The notes under the pieces were generated by a model, which worked only from the letters and a program-made list of their open reading frames with translations, made no database searches and was not told where the DNA came from. The position numbers and the translations under genes are program-made. This document shows positions 8,059 through 15,635 of a stretch of 32,000 bases of DNA, piece after piece. Source of the DNA: Aquifex aeolicus VF5 (GTDB lineage Bacteria; Aquificota; Aquificia; Aquificales; Aquificaceae); NCBI RefSeq assembly GCF_000008625.1, contig NC_001880.1, positions 7,457-39,456 of the forward strand. The letters are read 5' to 3'. Numbering within the stretch: the stretch's first letter is position 1; every line of letters begins with the position of its first letter.

Positions 8059-8109
8059 GCAACAGCTACTAATGTCTACTTAATGTCTATGTTTTAGAGT
8101 AGCTGTTGC
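8059..8109. other. Perfect 12-bp stem (GCAACAGCTACT / AGTAGCTGTTGC) with a 27-nt loop
   Basis: Read directly from the sequence. The loop contains AATGTCTA twice. The hairpin lies between the RNA candidate and the end of the minus-strand gene 8164..8502. The loop is too large for a classical intrinsic terminator. Confidence 0.5.
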
Positions 8110-8163
8110 AACCACGAGTGTATAGTAAATGCTTGACTATCAAGGTAGAAAGGAAGCTTGTGC

Positions 8164-8502
8164 TTAGATAGGCTCAGTTTTGATTAGTTCAACAAGGGCT
8201 TTCAAAACCTTTATTGCTACCTGGATGTGAGGGTTCTTGGTTTTCAAATCCTTGACTTGTTCATATAGGTCGAGATATCTCTTATCCGCTTGTCTTATCT
8301 CATCCAGTAGCTGTTGCGGTATGTTCTCCTTATTCTTAGCTAAGTCTTCTCTTATTAAAAGGACCTGTGTTAGTTCAAAATCAAGAGCTGTGGGATAATC
8401 AACCTTAAAGTCTTCTATATCCGTGTAAAGTGCTTCGCTAACGTAAATCTTCAAGGAGTCTTCTAAGCTCTTTTCTAAAGTTTTCATTCTTATTCTTTCC
8501 AA
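8164..8502 (-). CDS. Hypothetical protein (start may be the internal ATG at 8487)
   Basis: 112 aa ORF overlapping the upstream ORF by 65 nt in another frame. No recognisable motif. Confidence 0.45.
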
Positions 8503-8644
8503 GAATCATGCGAAATCCGCTTCCCGTAACCAGTTCAAAATCGTCCCAGTTTTTAGCTCCTCTCTCTAAAACGTCTACATACATCGTATATGCGTTTAGC
8601 ACTTTTCTTAAGTTCTTCGTTTGGGTTTCTGCTGTAAGGCTCAT
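8438..8644 (-). CDS. Hypothetical protein, possibly the 5' half of a frameshifted gene together with 8164..8502
   Basis: 68 aa ORF. The long out-of-frame overlap with the next ORF is unusual. Confidence 0.4.
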
Positions 8645-8853
8645 ACCGAGTTCCTCCCTGTAGAACTTTTATTTATCCTTAAACCGGTCCTTTAGGGCTA
8701 AAAAACAGGCTTTTTATATGGCTTTTGTAAGGCCTTTTAGCCGTATAAAATGACAAGCGCGGACGGACGGGATTAACAAGAAGACATTCAATTTTCAAAA
8801 ACTGAAACTGCTGAAATTGCTTGGTTTTGGCTCGCTTCTTTCAGTTCCCTCGC

Positions 8854-8943
8854 TTAGTATACTAACTAAGATTAGTAAGCTTTGTAATAAAAGCTATAAT
8901 TATTAGCTAAATAATATAAGTTAGATGAGTAAAGATAGAAATT
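8854..8943 (+). repeat. About 90-bp conserved non-coding element, inverted copy of 24470-24560 (centromere/operator-like)
   Basis: By-eye alignment to the reverse complement of 24470-24560 shows about 9 mismatches and 1 indel. Both contain ACTAACTAAG, TTTGTAATAAAAG, ATAAGTTAGAT and AAAGATAGAAA. Confidence 0.75.
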
Positions 8944-9018
8944 GGTTTAGAAAACATGCCTTTTACGGAAGTACTGAAAGCTCTTAAAAATATTTACGAG
9001 TAGTTTAAATACACTCTT

Positions 9019-9975
9019 TTACTCCCTCTTAAATTTGTTGTTTCTTTTCAGGATAAATTTAAACCTTTTGCTTATGGACACGCGTGAAACTTTGGAACCT
9101 TTATGATGCCACTCTATTATTCCCATTTCTTCCAGTTTATTTAAATGAGCGTAGAAAGTTCTCTTCTTAAGACCTGAGAGATTCAGCAACTCGTCCGTCT
9201 TCATTCCGTACTCTCTGTCCTTCAAATGTTTAAGGATTGGTTCAAACTTGTGTAAAATTTCTTCATACTTTGCTTTCTCATTAATATACCAAGTAATTGC
9301 TCCATTTTTGTTTATGTAATAGTATATTTTTTCAAAAGGATAAGCAAAATTATGCTTTTCTATTGTCAATACCCGAAAGCTTTTCCCTTCTGTGTAGGCC
9401 TGCATAAAGGGAGTTGTTAAAAACTTAATTGTAGATACGCCCTGATACCTGTCCGTTTTATTTTTTCCTGAACTTTTAATCGTGTGATGAATAAACATTA
9501 TGTGACTTTCAGAATTTCTTGCTAACTTTCTTGTTTTTTTAATAAATTCCTTAACTTCTACAGGATCATAAATAGACTTTCCTTCATAAAAGGCAACAAA
9601 ACTATCAACCACAACAAAATCGTAGCGTTTTTGTTCCAGTATCTTTTCAAAACTCCTGTAATCCGAAATGTCGTCCAGATCCATTATTTCCATTTCTGAA
9701 GTGCTTATTCTGTATCTTTTTCTTATTGGTTCTAACTTTTCTAAGATATCTTCCTTATAAAGTTCCAGAGATATATAGGCTACTTTCTTCGGTTCCTTAA
9801 CTTTGAGTAAATTGTGAAATAAGTTCTTACCTGCACCTGCCAGTAGACACAAGTAAAGGCTTATGGTAGTTTTCCCTACACCTGAATCACCGTAAAGTAT
9901 GGAAACGTATCCCTTCCTGAAAAACTCGTCAAAATTTTGCGCACTGTTGCTCCTTTTGTATTCACTTAACCTCAT
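9019..9975 (-). CDS. RecA-superfamily (RepA/KaiC/AAA_25-like) ATPase with C-terminal winged HTH; candidate plasmid replicative helicase or loader
   Basis: Walker [10 protein letters not shown] and Walker [10 protein letters not shown]-terminal [21 protein letters not shown] looks like a wHTH. Confidence 0.65.
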
Positions 9976-10155
9976 ACTATTTTCATTTTAATTTAAAAGT
10001 TATGCATTACTATGCAATTTATCTTTTATAAGCCTAGTTAATCAATGATTGCATAAGCTTTCTTAAATAAATAAAAAATAAAAGAAAGACAGGAAAAAAG
10101 AACTAATTAAGTGAAGGAGCTTACGCTCCTTAAAAAAATTAAAGGAGGTAAAGAA

Positions 10156-10752
10156 ATGAATGAATACTATGAAAGAATGGAAGAGCTATTTAAGCGTGAA
10201 TTTGCAAAAGAATACCTTGAATTAGCAGAGCAGTATTATGGTATTGAAGAATCCTATTATGAAGAAGAACAGAAATTAGATGAAGAAGAAAGAGAAATTA
10301 CAGATTGGACCGGGCAAATAGATGAAGTTTACAGCAATATAACAATAGACGAAGATTGGCTTTTTGAAAAACTCATTAAAAGAATAGAACTTGGAGGCAA
10401 AGTTTATACACTTTTTGTAGAACCGTATAACTCTTTACTACACAGAAAACCGATCGTAGTCGTACTTAAACCTTTAAAGGGAAGTAAAAAACTTGAAGAA
10501 ATAGTGGCAAAAGCTTATTACAGCAGGTTTTACTGGATGGAAGATCCTTTTTATAGAGATATACTCCTTTCAAGAGCGTATGAAGCGGAAAACACGATTA
10601 AAGAAGACCCGGAGAAATTTGAAGAATTCGTAAAAATGGCGGAAGTATTGAAAGAACATGAAGACAGGTTTCTGAATATAGAAAACATAGGAATAAAGTT
10701 TGTAGAAAAAAATTTAAGTGAGTTTACTCTTGGATTTGATTTAGAAGAATAA
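10156..10752 (+). CDS. Hypothetical acidic protein
   Basis: ORF 10111..10752. The ATG at 10156 follows AAAGGAGGT with good spacing, whereas GTG 10111 lies inside a leader hairpin. Confidence 0.6.
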   Translation: MNEYYERMEELFKREFAKEYLELAEQYYGIEESYYEEEQKLDEEEREITDWTGQIDEVYSNITIDEDWLFEKLIKRIELGGKVYTLFVEPYNSLLHRKPIVVVLKPLKGSKKLEEIVAKAYYSRFYWMEDPFYRDILLSRAYEAENTIKEDPEKFEEFVKMAEVLKEHEDRFLNIENIGIKFVEKNLSEFTLGFDLEE

Positions 10753-10825
10753 CAATCAAAACAAACCTTTTCTTTCAAGTGAAGGGGCTTTCGCCCCTCA
10801 AAAAACTTTAAAAGGAGGTAGAGAT

Positions 10826-11344
10826 ATGGATATCAAACTCGACAAAAACGTAGTAAAGATGGTGATGAGCTCAAAAGAAGAAGAGCTAATGCCTTCAATA
10901 GGATGGGAAGGTAAAAAAGAAATACCCGTCTTAATTACCAACGTAGAAACCAAAATTCCCAAGGGACATCCTGTCATATTCAAAATGGTCCCAATTGATG
11001 AAGGTAAAGTAACTGCAGTGTTCATCTTCCTGACAGTAGGAGAACAGCTCTGGACTGTGTTCAATCCTGCGAACACTTACTACAGATTGTTCCTAAAAGC
11101 AATGACCGAAGCAGACAAACTGGCAATTTGCTTTCCGAATAAAAAGGCCATATCAATTAAGACAACAGAAGAAATGAAGAAAGCGGCAAGAATACTTCTC
11201 GACACAATAGAGGAATTTCAGTGGGATTCGGAAGAATTCGCAGAGGCACTGGAAAAAATAGCCGAAAATTATACGCTGGAAGACATAGAAATGATCGCAG
11301 TCCAAGAATGGAAAAAAAGAACAGGACAGGAAAAAGAAAACTGA
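10826..11344 (+). CDS. Hypothetical protein
   Basis: 172 aa ORF. AAAGGAGGT before the ATG, and the same leader element as the previous gene. Confidence 0.6.
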   Translation: MDIKLDKNVVKMVMSSKEEELMPSIGWEGKKEIPVLITNVETKIPKGHPVIFKMVPIDEGKVTAVFIFLTVGEQLWTVFNPANTYYRLFLKAMTEADKLAICFPNKKAISIKTTEEMKKAARILLDTIEEFQWDSEEFAEALEKIAENYTLEDIEMIAVQEWKKRTGQEKEN

Positions 11345-11398
11345 GTCAGTTTCTTCTTCATTTTTCTGTTTATTCTCTTCTGAGGGAGGAAAAGAAAA

Positions 11399-12214
11399 AT
11401 GAATTCAAAGGAACTGACCAAAGAAGTATTAAACCTCTTTCAGACTTTGCCAGAATTTTATTTTGAACACTTCCACGAATACGGAATATGGTTTCCTATA
11501 GTAGTAGGAATAATAGCATCAGCGGTAGGAATGTTCGGAATGCTTCTCTTTTACGCAGCAGAGCCCGATACAGAATTTGAAAAACTTCCCTTTTTTGTCA
11601 GAAAGATCGCATCAAGAGAGGGAGACGAAGACACTTATTTTGCACTCGGAATTTACCCGATAATTATCCTTCCCGCAGAAGGAAAAATTATCAAAGCAGC
11701 AGCAATCCACGAGTTCTTCCACGTTCTCTTCAAGTTCCCATGGGTAATATTCCAGCCAGTTACAGGAATATTCATGACACAGCTCCCGTACAGATTCTTT
11801 AACATGCTTACCCAGTTCCTGTATACTGTCCTTCCTAAGCACATCGTCCTAATGCTCATTCTCCTTTCCATGCCAATTCTCAAAAAATTCGGAATGGAGA
11901 AATCTCAAGTATACGAGCTTCTTTCTTTAGCTTCGAAATACATTACGTTTGTTTACATCTGTGCACTTGCAGCAGTAATTGAAGAACTGCTCGTGAACAT
12001 CGCAACAGCAATCTACTTCCTTATTACCTTCAAGTTCAACGAAAACACCTTTCTCGTTACAGTAGGCTCTTCACTTACGTATCTTTCAAACATCCCGATG
12101 ATCTTCGCATGTATGTGGATGGATTTTCACTACGCAGATGGACAGGGAGTAGAAATGGCAAAGAAATTCATTGAGCTCGTTTTCAAAACAGAACTTTCTT
12201 CCCTTTTCTTTTAA
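11399..12214 (+). CDS. Polytopic membrane protein with HExxH motif (putative intramembrane or membrane-anchored metalloprotease)
   Basis: 271 aa with several hydrophobic segments and the motif AAIHEFFHVLF. GAGGGAGG before the ATG. Confidence 0.55.
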   Translation: MNSKELTKEVLNLFQTLPEFYFEHFHEYGIWFPIVVGIIASAVGMFGMLLFYAAEPDTEFEKLPFFVRKIASREGDEDTYFALGIYPIIILPAEGKIIKAAAIHEFFHVLFKFPWVIFQPVTGIFMTQLPYRFFNMLTQFLYTVLPKHIVLMLILLSMPILKKFGMEKSQVYELLSLASKYITFVYICALAAVIEELLVNIATAIYFLITFKFNENTFLVTVGSSLTYLSNIPMIFACMWMDFHYADGQGVEMAKKFIELVFKTELSSLFF

Positions 12215-12226
12215 CGGAGAGCCGCT

Positions 12227-12592
12227 CTATTTCCAGAATTTCGAGATTGCCAAGTTAAGGGTTAGAGGAGTGGAATGATCTAACGAGAATAAAAGAGGCA
12301 AATCAAGACCAACAGTTTCATATTTGGCATTGTGGGGAAATCGCTTGTGAAAACCCTTCATCCTTTGCTTTATGTGCTTGAACCACCTCTCCACTACATT
12401 CCTACCTCCGAAAGTTTCATGTATCCATCCGCAGTTTAGTTCCCTACATGCTTTCCTATACCATGGCCCCTTATCCGTTACAAACACGTATCCTTTTGAG
12501 TTGTAAAGCACAAGTTTTGCCACATGGGAGCTTTTTTTAGCACTTAACCACACAAAAGTAGGCACTCCCTTCAAGTTACAAGCTATCCACAA
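12227..12592 (-). pseudogene. 5'-truncated DDE transposase (IS6-like by eye)
   Basis: VTDKGPWYRKACRELNCGWIHETFGGRNVVERWFKHIKQRMKGF resembles the C-terminal catalytic region of IS6-type transposases. The N-terminal catalytic part is missing, replaced by another copy of the same IS terminus at 12594. Confidence 0.6.
12246..12320 (+). mobile_element. IS terminus copy 2 (contains the 3' end of the transposase fragment)
   Basis: GCCAAGTTAAGGGTTAGAGGAGTGGAATGATCTAACGAGAATAAAAGAGGCAAATCAAGACCAACAGTTTCAT aligns with copies 1 and 3. Confidence 0.7.
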
Positions 12593-12593
12593 G

Positions 12594-12672
12594 AGACCGC
12601 CAAGTTAAGGATTAGGGGAAAGGAGAGATTTAATGAGAATAAAAGGAAGCGAGCCAAGACCAGACAGTTTCA
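12594..12672 (+). mobile_element. IS terminus copy 3
   Basis: GCCAAGTTAAGGATTAGGGGAAAGGAGAGATTTAATGAGAATAAAAGGAAGCGAGCCAAGACCAGACAGTTTCAT. Direct repeat of copy 2, about 350 bp away. Confidence 0.7.
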
Positions 12673-12738
12673 TGGTTTTTAACGAAATAGATGATAGATA
12701 GAAAATAGAGCAAGAGCATAGTTTTATTGAAAATCTTC

Positions 12739-12843
12739 TTACTTTTCCCCAGTAGCTATTTTCACACTTTTATAAACAAAGTAAATAAATGCACTTGCGA
12801 TTATAATTGCCCCTAAAACTGCCAAAATGTCGTAAATGTTCAT
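12739..12843 (-). CDS. 34 aa single-TM peptide (MNIYDILAVLGAI), cassette C
   Basis: ATGA start/stop overlap with 12840..13109. Same family as 6768..6884 and 15856..15972. Below the ORF-track size cut-off. Confidence 0.5.
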   Translation of the reverse strand: MNIYDILAVLGAIIIASAFIYFVYKSVKIATGEK

Positions 12844-13109
12844 TTATCTGCCTCCTTATTATTTAATTTAGACAAAAGTTCAATGTAGTCTTCTATTTTG
12901 ATTAGCAATCGCAAGGTTAGACTAATAAGAATTATTTCCGTAAAAGCACCCACGAATAATAGAAAAACCTTTATTTTATTATCAAGGTTTAAAAGCAGGC
13001 TTATTGTCCCACCACCTATAGCTATAATAGTAATCCAGAATAGTTTAAGAAGCTCAGTTAAAAACTTTATCTTTTCCTTTACGTATTCTTCCTTGTTCAC
13101 ATTTATCAT
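12840..13109 (-). CDS. 89 aa two-TM membrane protein, the full-length member of the family truncated at 6575 and 16190
   Basis: IAIGGGTISLLLNLDNKIKVFLLFVGAF...LLIKIEDYIELLSKLNNKEADK aligns with both truncated copies. Confidence 0.6.
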   Translation of the reverse strand: MINVNKEEYVKEKIKFLTELLKLFWITIIAIGGGTISLLLNLDNKIKVFLLFVGAFTEIILISLTLRLLIKIEDYIELLSKLNNKEADK

Positions 13110-13233
13110 TTTATCATTCTCCTAAAGACTGAGAATTCCCAAACTTCATCACCAAAGAAGTTTGATATTTGAAAATCAATAGATTGGTAAATATACCTTT
13201 ATAAACATATTGAAAATCAAAGGCTTAAAGCAA

Positions 13234-13648
13234 TCATTCTATAGTTAAGGCATTTGTACACTTCTTTACTCCCTTATCAAAGGACACAACTTTGTATTTC
13301 TTAGAATACGCACAAAGAAGGCAATCTACAAAGTCTAAGTTCTTATTAGAGTATATCTTTAGAGCCTCTATAAGGAGCTCATTATCTTCAATTTTCACAT
13401 TCCTAAGTTCCAGTATGTCTATAAGTACCTGTGATATAGTAGGTCTATCAACTTTATATACTTTCTTGAAGAACATAAACAATTTCGGCTATCACTACCT
13501 GTGGGATAAAAACTTTTAGTTCTCCGGAGAGTATCTTATTAAATAACTCCTCAGCCTCTTTATACAGCTTCCTGTGGTCTTTAAGTAGATATCGCAGGAT
13601 TACATTAGCATTAACAATTATCTCTTTTTCCCCTTTCCGCGAGGCCAT
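13234..13648 (-). pseudogene. vapC: PIN-domain VapC toxin split by a frameshift (copy A)
   Basis: ORFs 13454..13648 and 13234..13482 together form one PIN domain (IIVNANVILRYLL / VIAEIVYVL / KVYKVDRPTISQVL / LDFVDCLL / VVSFDK). The frame changes in the AAGAAAG stretch. The first catalytic Asp position reads Asn. Confidence 0.75.
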
Positions 13649-13859
13649 CGCCTATTGCCTCTTTTTCAGTTTTCATTATCTCTTCTATGGACCTGTCACG
13701 GGTAGCGTATTTGTGTAGAATTCCTCCCAATTTCTTAACAGGTTTAATTATTACTTTTCCCTTCTCATAGGTTATCTCAACTATATCAGTTCCTAATAAT
13801 TTCCTGTACTCAGCAGGTATGGTAATTTGTCCTTTCTTAGTAAGCTTAGCTATTTTCAT
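13611..13859 (-). CDS. vapB: AbrB/SpoVT-type antitoxin (copy A)
   Basis: MKIAKLTKKGQITIPAEYRKLLG is a typical swapped-hairpin AbrB/MazE N-terminus. Lies upstream of, and overlaps, the PIN gene. Confidence 0.8.
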   Translation of the reverse strand: MKIAKLTKKGQITIPAEYRKLLGTDIVEITYEKGKVIIKPVKKLGGILHKYATRDRSIEEIMKTEKEAIGDGLAERGKRDNC

Positions 13860-13960
13860 TCTTACCTACCTCAATAGGTACTACTTATTGTATAAAGTAT
13901 TACTTACATTATATAGTGTTACTTTTCACAAAAATGATTACATAGTATAGGTAGTTGTGA

Positions 13961-14110
13961 TTAGCTATGCTGTTTGTTAGAGACTGCCAAGATAAGGGTG
14001 TAAGAAAATAGGTATATGGGTGTGCCTGCATACGCGTTTATCTTCATCCTTTCTTCATTCTTAAAGGCTTTTATGATTTCTTTCTGTTCTTCCGTTAGTT
14101 TTATACCCAT
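13961..14110 (-). pseudogene. N-terminal fragment of a UvrD/AAA_19-type helicase
   Basis: MGIKLTEEQKEIIKAFKNEERMKINAYAGT then unrelated sequence. The Walker A motif (AGTGKT) is broken after AGT. Confidence 0.5.
13980..14013 (+). mobile_element. IS terminus copy 5 (short)
   Basis: GAGACTGCCAAGATAAGGGTGTAAGAAAATAGGT, compared with copy 4 GAGACCGCCAAGTTAAGGGAAATAGGT. Confidence 0.5.
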
Positions 14111-14127
14111 TAGTTTTAATATAATTT

Positions 14128-14153
14128 GAGACCGCCAAGTTAAGGGAAATAGG
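14128..14153 (+). mobile_element. IS terminus copy 4 (short)
   Basis: GAGACCGCCAAGTTAAGGGAAATAGG, followed directly by TTGAAAATCAA. Confidence 0.55.
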
Positions 14154-14256
14154 TTGAAAATCAAGGGAACTGTTAATAACAGAACTTTACTGGAGTTTTA
14201 GAATCTCTTGAATATGCTTTGGCAATTATTTTATATGACATAAACTGTAAACTTCT

Positions 14257-14877
14257 CTAGTTTTCTAGGTACTCTTTTACTTTTCTTTTAAAGAATTCTT
14301 CAACTTCCTCCCAGTAAGGTTCTATATCTTCATAAACTTCTTCCCTTGCATCTTCGAAATATACGAGACTTTTTACAATAATTGAAAAGTCAATATTCCT
14401 GTACTTTTTTTTAACCAATTTTTCAAGCTCTTTTAAATCCCATCCGTGTTTTCTCATCAAAAACCACAGGTCGTAAAAATCCTTCTTTGACCCCCTTTGA
14501 GCTATTGCTACTGCCTTCATACAGGCAATATCCTTGTCCCCCGCTATGAAAATCCCAAGATCATTATTTTTTTCAGGGTTCTCTAACAGCGGGTATCGGT
14601 ATTCAAAAAAAGAGAATTTAATTCCATCAAGCAAGAATATTAGAGTATCTTTACTCTGATAAAGCCACCTTACTCTGCTTAGTTTATCAATTTGCCTTGA
14701 TATAGAGAAACTGTCAAAGGGTTTTTCAGGAAAAGTAAAAAAGTCAAAATCATCTGAAAATCTGTGCCCATATCTTATAAGCAAAGCGGTTCCTCCTGCA
14801 AGATAAAAATCGTTACAGATCCCTAAAGAAACTACTTTTTCTAAAGCCTCTCTCTGTTCTTTCTTTAACTTCCTCAT
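14257..14877 (-). CDS. AbiEii/AbiGii-like nucleotidyltransferase (DUF1814-type toxin)
   Basis: N-terminal FYLAGGTALLIRYGHRFSDDFDFF matches the family signature (GGTAL...R.S.D.DF). Confidence 0.6.
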   Translation of the reverse strand: MRKLKKEQREALEKVVSLGICNDFYLAGGTALLIRYGHRFSDDFDFFTFPEKPFDSFSISRQIDKLSRVRWLYQSKDTLIFLLDGIKFSFFEYRYPLLENPEKNNDLGIFIAGDKDIACMKAVAIAQRGSKKDFYDLWFLMRKHGWDLKELEKLVKKKYRNIDFSIIVKSLVYFEDAREEVYEDIEPYWEEVEEFFKRKVKEYLEN

Positions 14878-15061
14878 CGCTTATATTTAAAGCTAACTTC
14901 CAGAAAGCTCTATTTTTAGCGTCAAACCTATGCAGGTTTTTCAAAAATGCCTCTCTCAGTTTTTTCCTAGGATATTTTTTGAGAACTTCTTTTACGTTTC
15001 CGTAAAGCATTTCTCTTATCAAAAGTTCCCTTTCACTTTTTACCTTGTCCCAGTTAAACAT
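14813..15061 (-). CDS. Small upstream partner ORF of the AbiEii-like gene (candidate antitoxin)
   Basis: 82 aa on the same strand, overlapping the NTase start by 65 nt. No recognisable motif. Confidence 0.4.
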   Translation of the reverse strand: MFNWDKVKSERELLIREMLYGNVKEVLKKYPRKKLREAFLKNLHRFDAKNRAFWKLALNISDEEVKERTERGFRKSSFFRDL

Positions 15062-15223
15062 TTCTATCTAAAACAATTTTAAAATTTTCTAAAGCTTTCT
15101 TAGGTGTGGAGCCTACACTAAAAATCGGAGCTCCCACTACCTCAGCTCCCCAATTACTCTCTTTGTCCTTACGTAGAATTACAAGAAATTTATATTCGTA
15201 ACATATCATATATATTCAATATT

Positions 15224-15448
15224 ATGAAAAGAACGACCATTTTTATAAACGAAGAAACCAAACAAAAAATCAAACTAATAGCCAAGAAAAAGCAAAAAAG
15301 CATGGCAGAAATTATAAGAGAAGCTATAAATGAGTACATTGTAAAACACAAAAAGAATAAGAAGTATTCCTTTATAGGACTTGGTAAAAGCAAAAGATCT
15401 GATATCTCGGAAATTCATGAGGAAAAACTTTGGAAATACTCACAGTAG
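15224..15448 (+). CDS. Ribbon-helix-helix (CopG/VapB-type) antitoxin, with no toxin gene downstream
   Basis: MKRTTIFINEETKQKIKLIAKKKQKSMAEIIREAINEYI is a canonical RHH pattern. Only about 80 bp of non-coding DNA follows. Confidence 0.65.
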   Translation: MKRTTIFINEETKQKIKLIAKKKQKSMAEIIREAINEYIVKHKKNKKYSFIGLGKSKRSDISEIHEEKLWKYSQ

Positions 15449-15527
15449 ATAGGAGAGGTTTTTTGGGAATTAAAATTGGAAGAAGAAATCTGATGCTTTT
15501 ACCATAACAACTCAATTTCTTCGTTAT

Positions 15528-15635
15528 TTATCCTTGCTTTTCAGTTTCCTGCTTATTAACAAGCCAAACTATTACGAGACCAACTGTCAATATCCCAAGA
15601 CCTATAAGAATAAAACCTACGGTGTAGCTATCCAT
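15528..15635 (-). CDS. 35 aa single-TM peptide (cassette B), paralog of 7100..7207
   Basis: MDSYTVGFILIGLGILTVGLVIVWLVNKQETEKQG, with an 8-nt overlap with the upstream gene as in cassette A. Confidence 0.5.
   Translation of the reverse strand: MDSYTVGFILIGLGILTVGLVIVWLVNKQETEKQG

Noticed and set aside
10113-10137. Hairpin plus A-run, considered as an intrinsic terminator (also 10781-10806)
   Set aside because: On the plus strand the stem is followed by A residues, not U. On the minus strand the T-run precedes the stem. It is not a terminator in either direction.
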